Of a stretch of DNA of 6,677 nt, positions 1-4,928 are shown piece after piece. A program made the position numbers and the translations under genes. Numbering within the stretch: position 1 is the first letter of the stretch; each line of letters opens with the position of its first letter. The DNA comes from a virus (taxonomy: Duplodnaviria; Heunggongvirae; Uroviricota; Caudoviricetes): the IMG/VR virus record IMGVR_UViG_2534681835_000040. One strand, written 5' to 3'. The notes under the pieces were generated by a model. It saw nothing but the letters and a program-made list of their open reading frames with translations, had not been told where the DNA came from and did no database searches.

Positions 1-300
1 TCTCAGTATGTGTCACTGGCCTATACGGAGCGACTAAAAGAAGCCGGATTACTGGCATCAACAGGGAGTACAGGCGACTCGTATGACAACGCGATGGCTG
101 AGAGCATCAATGGTCTTTACAAAGCGGAGGTAATACACCGTAAGAGCTGGAAAAACCGTGCAGAAGTGGAACTGGCCACACTAACGTGGGTGGACTGGTA
201 TAACAATCGACGATTGCTGGGAAGGCTGGGCCATACTCCTCCGGCAGAAGCAGAAAAAGCTTATTATGCTTCCATCGGAAACGATGATCTGGCAGCCTGA
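1..300 (+). CDS. IS3-family transposase (OrfB, DDE/integrase-core domain), C-terminal fragment; 5' end lies outside the window
   Basis: Frame 1 is open from base 1 (the track's start at 10 is an in-frame GTG, not a real start). Translation ...SQYVSLAYTERLKEAGLLASTGSTGDSYDNAMAESINGLYKAEVIHR... carries the SQY and DSYDNAxAES...K motifs of the C-terminal part of the IS3-family DDE catalytic core (conserved E and downstream K/R). Stop TGA at 298..300. Confidence 0.8.
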   Translation, partial: SQYVSLAYTERLKEAGLLASTGSTGDSYDNAMAESINGLYKAEVIHRKSWKNRAEVELATLTWVDWYNNRRLLGRLGHTPPAEAEKAYYASIGNDDLAA

Positions 301-342
301 GTTCACAGATAAAACACTCTCCAGGAAACCCGGGGCGGTTCA
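1..342 (+). mobile_element. Right end of an IS3-family insertion sequence (partial; left part outside window); right boundary approximate
   Basis: Transposase 3' end at 1..300. IS3-family elements end in ...CA shortly after the transposase stop; a candidate terminus is GGTTCA ending at 342, but the true boundary could lie anywhere in about 305..357. No inverted-repeat partner is available in the window to confirm. Confidence 0.45.
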
Positions 343-657
343 GAGCGCATAGGCAGCTTGGACGTTCGAGACAATATTGAGCGCCGTGCTTATGAAATTG
401 CACTGGCATCGCTGGAAGCAGAACCGATAGCGTGGGAATGCGGTGAAAACATAATCCTGTTTAACCCTGACACAGTTGAAGCATACGCAAAACGTGCGGA
501 AATATCACCTAAACCACTATTCTCCGCGCCGCCAGCGCTGGTAGTGCCTGATAAGTTGCCGCGTGAATACAGAAACGGTTGGCCTCTTGCGTATAGTGAT
601 TATGCTGAAGGCTGGAACGACTGCCGCGAAGCCATGCTTCAGGGAGATAAATCATGA
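313..657 (+). CDS. Prophage protein of unknown function, probably a 3' fragment truncated by the IS insertion (no ATG start; the track start at 358 is TTG)
   Basis: The frame is open from 313 (after TAA at 310..312) to the TGA at 655..657. The only start-like codon before the end is TTG at 358 with a weak AGG upstream. The stop overlaps the next gene's ATG (ATGA at 654..657), as in phage operons. Sits immediately after the IS right end. Confidence 0.5.
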   Translation, partial: NTLQETRGGSERIGSLDVRDNIERRAYEIALASLEAEPIAWECGENIILFNPDTVEAYAKRAEISPKPLFSAPPALVVPDKLPREYRNGWPLAYSDYAEGWNDCREAMLQGDKS

Positions 658-1019
658 TTAATCGTATCAAGCTGGAGCACATCCTCGAATATGCCAGGCA
701 GCAGAGGCATATTGGTCAGCATTGTAAAATTCCACCAGGAGATATGGTTGAAATCATGGAGATTGCCATGCGCAAGGCTGGCAACTCTCCGGTAACTCCG
801 GATGGTTGGATAAGCTGTAGTGAGCGAATGCCGGAAAAGAATCAGAGCGTGCTTATTTCGGTGAATTTCGATAGCTCTCTGGTTGAGCCGCTAATATGCT
901 CTGCACGCTATACCGGAAGTACATTCCGGCGTGGAGATGTAACGATTAAGCCGGGCAATGGTGTTGAGCAGGTAACACACTGGATGCAGCTACCAGAACC
1001 GCCGCAGGAGGTGAAATGA
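654..1019 (+). CDS. DUF551-family prophage protein
   Basis: ATG at 654 with GGGAG Shine-Dalgarno 7 nt upstream. The C-terminal half GWISCSERMPEKNQSVLISVNF...GVEQVTHWMQLPEPPQ has the W..ER(L/M)PE ... THWMxLPEPP signature that I recognise as DUF551, common in enterobacterial prophages. Confidence 0.85.
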   Translation: MINRIKLEHILEYARQQRHIGQHCKIPPGDMVEIMEIAMRKAGNSPVTPDGWISCSERMPEKNQSVLISVNFDSSLVEPLICSARYTGSTFRRGDVTIKPGNGVEQVTHWMQLPEPPQEVK

Positions 1020-1102
1020 TGAATTGGCCTGAAGCATTCACCGCAGTAGGAGTTGCAATAGCGGTGGCATTTATTCTGTATTCGCTTTTCCGCTGGGGAT
1101 AA
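1016..1102 (+). CDS. Small hydrophobic (single predicted TM) peptide, 28 aa, not in the ORF track
   Basis: ATG at 1016 overlaps the upstream TGA (ATGA coupling) and is preceded by AGGAGGTGA at 1006..1014. Translation MMNWPEAFTAVGVAIAVAFILYSLFRWG has a clear hydrophobic core. Stop TAA at 1100..1102, 4 nt before the next gene. Confidence 0.45.
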   Translation: MMNWPEAFTAVGVAIAVAFILYSLFRWG

Positions 1103-1106
1103 AGGA

Positions 1107-1349
1107 ATGTTCGCTCTGATTCAACGTGGTCAGATATACACGGACAGAGCCGGATACCCTGTGGTGATTACTCGCAGTACTCAGCACTCAGTATTCTTTC
1201 GGCGCATGGACGGACGCTCCGGGCGGGTACACATTGGTGAGTTCAACAGCCTGTTCGAACATATTGACCGCCAGGAGTACCGCAAAATTCTGGCGGGCAC
1301 TGAGCAGGAAATGCACCTGAAAAAATTACGCGCAATGCAACGGAGGTGA
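1107..1349 (+). CDS. Small prophage protein (80 aa), resembles the DUF4222-type proteins found near xis/int in enterobacterial prophages
   Basis: ATG at 1107 with GGGGA/AAGGA upstream. Same strand and tight spacing with its neighbours. The DUF4222 resemblance is from memory and is not verified. Confidence 0.75.
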   Translation: MFALIQRGQIYTDRAGYPVVITRSTQHSVFFRRMDGRSGRVHIGEFNSLFEHIDRQEYRKILAGTEQEMHLKKLRAMQRR

Positions 1350-1352
1350 TAC

Positions 1353-1487
1353 ATGCATACGGCTTTTGAGTTCTGGGTTCGCAAGACATTCGGCAATCGC
1401 TACGACCTGCCCCGTGATGTTGACGGCTTCTACTGCCGTGAAGTTGTGAAACGAATGTTTGACGTGTGGTGCCACTGCCGTGGATGA
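1353..1487 (+). CDS. Small Cys/His-containing protein, 44 aa, not in the ORF track (possible Zn-binding)
   Basis: ATG at 1353 preceded by a strong Shine-Dalgarno GGAGGTGA (1342..1349) that contains the upstream gene's stop. Translation MHTAFEFWVRKTFGNRYDLPRDVDGFYCREVVKRMFDVWCHCRG; stop TGA at 1485..1487. It fills an otherwise unexplained gap in a dense operon. Confidence 0.45.
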   Translation: MHTAFEFWVRKTFGNRYDLPRDVDGFYCREVVKRMFDVWCHCRG

Positions 1488-1505
1488 ACGTTTTATGAGG
1501 TAACT

Positions 1506-1721
1506 ATGGCTCTCAACATTGATTGCGTACCTATAACGACATGGTGTCGAGATATGGGAGAAACGCTGGATGCCGTTAACAAACGGTTACAACGTGGAGT
1601 ATGGAAGGAAGGGGTTCAGGTTTTAAATGTGGAAGGCTCCAAAGAACGATGGATTGATTTAACTGAGGTTTCAAAATGGGCGAGAAAAAACAAATATCCT
1701 TATCACTCCCAAGAGGAATAA
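1506..1721 (+). CDS. xis: Excisionase-like / recombination directionality factor
   Basis: 71-aa protein immediately upstream of and overlapping the integrase gene by 46 nt in a different frame, the classic xis-int arrangement. GAGG sits 6 nt before the ATG. The call rests mainly on position and size; the sequence family is not verified. Confidence 0.6.
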   Translation: MALNIDCVPITTWCRDMGETLDAVNKRLQRGVWKEGVQVLNVEGSKERWIDLTEVSKWARKNKYPYHSQEE

Positions 1722-2848
1722 CAATTCGTCAATACAAGAATTGCTCTACATTAGTTGTAACCTTCACATATAAAGGGGTTCTTTGCAGAGAACCCTTACC
1801 CAGGCTGGAAGCTAACGCAAAGGGGATTAAGTATGCTGAACGGCTTCTAGGAGAAATAAAAAACCAAATCAGTGATGATTCATTCGATTTTTCAAAATAC
1901 TTTCCAAACTCTAGGAAGCTGGCATTATTTGGAATGGTAAAGAAAAATAAAAGTGTGAGAGATTACCTAGATGAGTATCTGGAAATTTGCAAAAACAGAA
2001 AGTTATCACCTTCAACAATAAATGGATATGAAAAATGCGTATCTGCATTATCTGAACTACATAAGCTACATGTTGTTGACCTGACACCAGCAATATTAAA
2101 AAAATGGATCTCAAAAAGAACAACAAAACTTAAGACCATAAGAAACAATCTATCATTTTTAAGAAGTGCAGTAGATGAAGCGGTCACTGACGGACTTATA
2201 ACGATAAATCCTGTAAAACTGGTTAGTGCAAGTAGATACCATGCGGTTAACCATACAGCCAATACTGATGATTATGAAGTGGATCCATTCACACCAGCAG
2301 AGGCAACAGCTATCTACAACGCCTGTCTTTATCAGGAATGGAGAAATCTTTTTTGTTTCGCATTCAATACAGGCCTACGAAGCTCAGAATTATGTGCATT
2401 GCGTTGGTCTGATATTGATTTTATTGGGCATACCGTTCACGTACAGGTCGCTTCTGTCGTTGGTGTGATAAAAGGAACCAAAACAAAAGCTGGTACCAGA
2501 AAAGTTGAATTAAACAATGAAGCTATAATGGCATTACAGGCCCAGAAATCATTTACGATGATGAGAAGTGATTTTGTATTCAGTGATCCAAAAACACGCA
2601 AGCCGTGGGCTAATTCAGCTGCGATTCGTAAGAAAGCCTGGCTCCCGACTCTTAAAAAGGCCGGAGTTCGTTACCGCAATCCATATCAGACTAGACATAC
2701 ATTCGCTACACGGCATATCAGCCAGGGGGCAAATTTATTCTGGCTTGCCGGTCAAATGGGACACAAAGGACCAGAAATGCTGTTTAGACACTATGGTTCA
2801 TATTTATCAGAATATGATGGCAAGACTGCGATCTCAGAAGTAATCTAG
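1676..2848 (+). CDS. int: Tyrosine site-specific integrase (phage integrase family with N-terminal arm-DNA-binding domain)
   Basis: The N-terminus LPRGITIR...VVTFTYKGVLCREPL...FDFSKYFP matches the arm-binding (DUF3596-like) N-domain pattern. The C-terminal half carries the catalytic signature in order: GLRSSELCALRWSDID (Arg), KTKAGTRKV (Lys), TRHTFATRH (Arg), MGHKG (His), RHYGSY (Tyr nucleophile). GAGG lies 8 nt before the ATG at 1676. Confidence 0.9.
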   Translation: MGEKKQISLSLPRGITIRQYKNCSTLVVTFTYKGVLCREPLPRLEANAKGIKYAERLLGEIKNQISDDSFDFSKYFPNSRKLALFGMVKKNKSVRDYLDEYLEICKNRKLSPSTINGYEKCVSALSELHKLHVVDLTPAILKKWISKRTTKLKTIRNNLSFLRSAVDEAVTDGLITINPVKLVSASRYHAVNHTANTDDYEVDPFTPAEATAIYNACLYQEWRNLFCFAFNTGLRSSELCALRWSDIDFIGHTVHVQVASVVGVIKGTKTKAGTRKVELNNEAIMALQAQKSFTMMRSDFVFSDPKTRKPWANSAAIRKKAWLPTLKKAGVRYRNPYQTRHTFATRHISQGANLFWLAGQMGHKGPEMLFRHYGSYLSEYDGKTAISEVI

Positions 2849-2982
2849 CCGCTTAAATATTTCAAAATATGTACTAAGGTAGGACAGAGAATAGACTCCA
2901 ACTTACACCTGAAATACATAAAAACATCTAGAAATAATATGAAATCTTTTGTTTTTCATATCGTTATGTAACTTGGGTGTTT

Positions 2983-3008
2983 GGGTTCAACTCCCGCCAG
3001 CTCCACCA
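2983..3008 (+). other. ssrA: 3'-terminal 26 nt of tmRNA (ssrA), i.e. T-loop, 3' acceptor strand and CCA, without the gene body: attachment-site core
   Basis: GGGTTCAACTCCCGCCAGCTCCACCA matches, from memory, the 3' end of E. coli ssrA (...GGACGCGGGTTCAACTCCCGCCAGCTCCACCA). The bases just upstream (..GGGTGTTT) do not match ssrA, so this is a partial copy, as expected at a prophage/island junction. It lies exactly between two integrase genes. Confidence 0.7.
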
Positions 3009-3044
3009 CTTTTTAGTTGTTTGAAGTTCAATGAAGTCTACTAA

Positions 3045-3076
3045 GCCCACACAGCACAAGCTCTGCGGGCTTTTTT
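3045..3076 (+). terminator. Rho-independent terminator-like hairpin plus T-tract downstream of the ssrA 3' fragment
   Basis: GCCCACACAGCACAAGCTCTGCGGGC forms an imperfect GC-rich stem (GCCC/GGGC outer pairs, AGC/GCT inner pairs) followed by TTTTTT at 3071..3076. Plausibly the native ssrA terminator retained at the junction. Confidence 0.45.
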
Positions 3077-3173
3077 ACGTCTATTGTCGTCCAGTGAGAA
3101 TTGCTGAGAACTACGAGTTATGGCACCCTGAATGGGACCCACTAAGAAGGGTCCAAAAACCGAGGGTCCCAAA

Positions 3174-4403
3174 ATGGCAAAAATCGCTAAGAAGCTCACT
3201 GACACTGAAATCAAAAGCACCAAGCCAGCCGATAAAGAAATCAACTTGTTTGACGGTGATGGTCTGATTCTACGAATCGCTCCTTTGGCGAAAGGAGGCA
3301 AGAAAAATTGGTATTTCAGGTATGCAGTACCAGTGAGCAAGAAAAGAACCAAAATGAGCCTTGGGACATATCCTCACCTTACCCTTGCAAGAGCCAGAGC
3401 CTTACGTGATGAATATCTCTCCTTTCTGGCAAATGGTGTTGATCCCCAAATCCATAACAACGATAAGGCGAAGGCATTAAAGAGTGCTACTGAGCACACT
3501 CTCCAAGCCGTAGCGCGGAAATGGTTAGATGAGAAGGTAAAGACATCAGGTATCTCACAAGACCATGCAGCAGACATCTGGCGCAGCTTAGAGAGAAATG
3601 TCTTTCCCGGTCTGGGTAATGTCCCTATCAATGAGATCCGACCTAAGCTCTTAAAACAACACCTTGATCCTATTGAGCAACGAGGCGTATTGGAAACTCT
3701 ACGCCGTATCATTTCACGTCTGAATGAAATCTTCCGGTGGGCAGCTACTGAAGAACTTATTGAGTTCAACCCGGCTGACAACCTTGGTCAAAGATTCAGT
3801 AAACCAAAAAAGCAAAATATGCCTGCCCTTCCCCCAAGCGAATTGCCAAGGTTTATGGAATCTTTGACGAATGCGTCAATCCGGTTGGAAACACGTATGC
3901 TAATTGAATGGCAATTGTTGACATGGGTTCGTCCGGGTGAAGCCGTTCGCGCAAGGTGGTCTGATATTGATACAACCAACAGCATTTGGAACATTCCTGC
4001 TGATTTCATGAAAATGAAAAAGCTTCACAAAGTTCCTTTGAGTAAAGAAGCTTTGCGCATCCTTGAATTAATGAAATCAATAAGTGGGCATAGAGAATGG
4101 GTTTTCCCCAGCATAAAAGCGCCTCTTAATCATATGCATGAACAAACAGCCAACGCAGCTATCATCCGAATGGGGTTCGGAGGCGAGCTTGTAGCTCACG
4201 GTATGCGTTCTATTGCACGAACAGCGGCAGAGGAGTCTGGTAAATTCAGAGCTGAAGTTCTTGAGGCAGCGCTTGCCCACTCGAAAAAAGATGAAATTAT
4301 CGCAGCATACAATCGTGCAGAATATCTGATAGAGCGACAGAGTTTGATGCAATGGTGGAGTGATTACGTTCAAGCTCAAAGATCAAATGCTCTGGTAGCC
4401 TAA
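3174..4403 (+). CDS. int: P4-type tyrosine integrase (CP4-57 IntA-like)
   Basis: From the ATG at 3174 (GAGGG 7 nt upstream) the protein begins MAKIAKKLTDTEIKSTKP...LFDGDGLILRI...WYFRY, matching the N-terminus of P4/CP4-57-type integrases; the ATG at 3132 is an alternative start. Catalytic signature: RPGEAVRARWSDID (Arg), KMKKLHKVPLS (Lys), AHGMRSIART (His..Arg), LAHSKKDEIIAAYNRAEY (His, Tyr). Sits directly downstream of the ssrA 3' fragment, as intA does at ssrA in E. coli K-12. Confidence 0.9.
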   Translation: MAKIAKKLTDTEIKSTKPADKEINLFDGDGLILRIAPLAKGGKKNWYFRYAVPVSKKRTKMSLGTYPHLTLARARALRDEYLSFLANGVDPQIHNNDKAKALKSATEHTLQAVARKWLDEKVKTSGISQDHAADIWRSLERNVFPGLGNVPINEIRPKLLKQHLDPIEQRGVLETLRRIISRLNEIFRWAATEELIEFNPADNLGQRFSKPKKQNMPALPPSELPRFMESLTNASIRLETRMLIEWQLLTWVRPGEAVRARWSDIDTTNSIWNIPADFMKMKKLHKVPLSKEALRILELMKSISGHREWVFPSIKAPLNHMHEQTANAAIIRMGFGGELVAHGMRSIARTAAEESGKFRAEVLEAALAHSKKDEIIAAYNRAEYLIERQSLMQWWSDYVQAQRSNALVA

Positions 4404-4441
4404 GTATCAGAATAGCTAATATAATCCTGAAGGTAAAGAAA

Positions 4442-4630
4442 ATGGAAACCCTATTCAAAGTTTTTGAAAAATTTAGTTCCAGACCACTTTTTTTTATTTT
4501 TTTCGGACTCTCACTTTGTGAATTTTTTCAGAAACAATCTGTTCTGATGAATCCATCAGCAGATAACATCGCGAAATTATTCGCAGCCATGATATTAGTT
4601 GTTTTTTTACTTGGGGATTTGAATGGCTAA
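4442..4630 (+). CDS. Hypothetical small protein (62 aa) with two hydrophobic segments; doubtful
   Basis: ATG at 4442 with GAAGG about 8 nt upstream. Translation has PLFFIFFGLSLCEFF and AKLFAAMILVVFLLG hydrophobic stretches. It lies in a very AT-rich spacer where ORFs arise easily by chance. Confidence 0.25.
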   Translation: METLFKVFEKFSSRPLFFIFFGLSLCEFFQKQSVLMNPSADNIAKLFAAMILVVFLLGDLNG

Positions 4631-4873
4631 TCTTCAAGTTCAATGTAAACCTTGAACCTCATGATCAAGGCGATATTGGACCAACAATTGGAACGGCTAC
4701 TTTAGCTGTATACTTAGTTTATGCCTTTCACTTTCTCAGTGAAAATCCTGAAGCATTAAATTTAAAGTTATTAACTAACTCTGGCTTTATATACAGCACA
4801 ACTCTATTATTATTCTCATTAGAATGCATGAAGCTTAGAAGACTTAAACAAAAATAAACAACATCATTGTGAT

Positions 4874-4915
4874 GATAAATATAAAATAGGCATGGCGAAA
4901 AAAAATCACCACGCC
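4874..4915 (-). terminator. Putative rho-independent terminator for the large - strand ORF
   Basis: On the - strand, GGCGUGGUGA pairs with CGCCAUGCC (about 9 bp with two G-U wobbles, 4889..4915) around a U-rich loop, followed by the U-rich tract UAUUUUAUAUUUAUC (4874..4888). It lies 14 nt after the stop at 4929..4931. Confidence 0.4.
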
Positions 4916-4928
4916 TAAAATATAATAA

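Noticed and set aside
107-409. 100-aa - strand ORF overlapping the transposase 3' end and IS terminus
   Set aside because: Antisense to a well-supported transposase reading frame, spans the IS boundary, and has no recognisable motifs; likely a shadow ORF.
1181-1396. 71-aa - strand ORF inside the + strand prophage operon
   Set aside because: Antisense to two well-supported + strand genes with strong ribosome-binding sites; Cys/Arg-rich low-complexity translation typical of shadow ORFs.
1911-2262. Two - strand ORFs (1911..2126 and 1963..2262) inside the first integrase gene
   Set aside because: Fully embedded antisense in an integrase gene whose frame carries the complete catalytic signature; the AT-rich sequence yields long chance ORFs.
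2226-2843. + strand ORFs 2226..2468 and 2568..2843 in alternative frames of the integrase gene
   Set aside because: Out-of-frame overlaps with the integrase; no start context and no motifs.
2983-3008. Possibility that this is a functional tRNA or tmRNA gene
   Set aside because: Only the 3' 26 nt are present; there is no D-arm, anticodon arm or tmRNA body upstream, so it is an att-core remnant, not an RNA gene.
3077-3173. Sigma-70 promoter call upstream of the P4-type integrase (TTGTCG and TTGCTG as -35 candidates)
   Set aside because: No convincing -10 hexamer at 16-18 bp spacing from either candidate; a promoter cannot be supported from sequence alone.
3031-3352. ORFs 3031..3267 (+) and 3041..3352 (-) across the terminator hairpin and the integrase 5' end
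   Set aside because: They overlap the terminator-like structure and the P4-type integrase start in the wrong frame or strand; the integrase frame is the one with homology-like motifs.
3374-4379. - strand ORFs 3374..3781, 3788..4009 and 4077..4379 antisense to the P4-type integrase
   Set aside because: Embedded antisense to a gene with a full catalytic motif set; Arg/Ser/Cys-rich translations typical of shadow frames.
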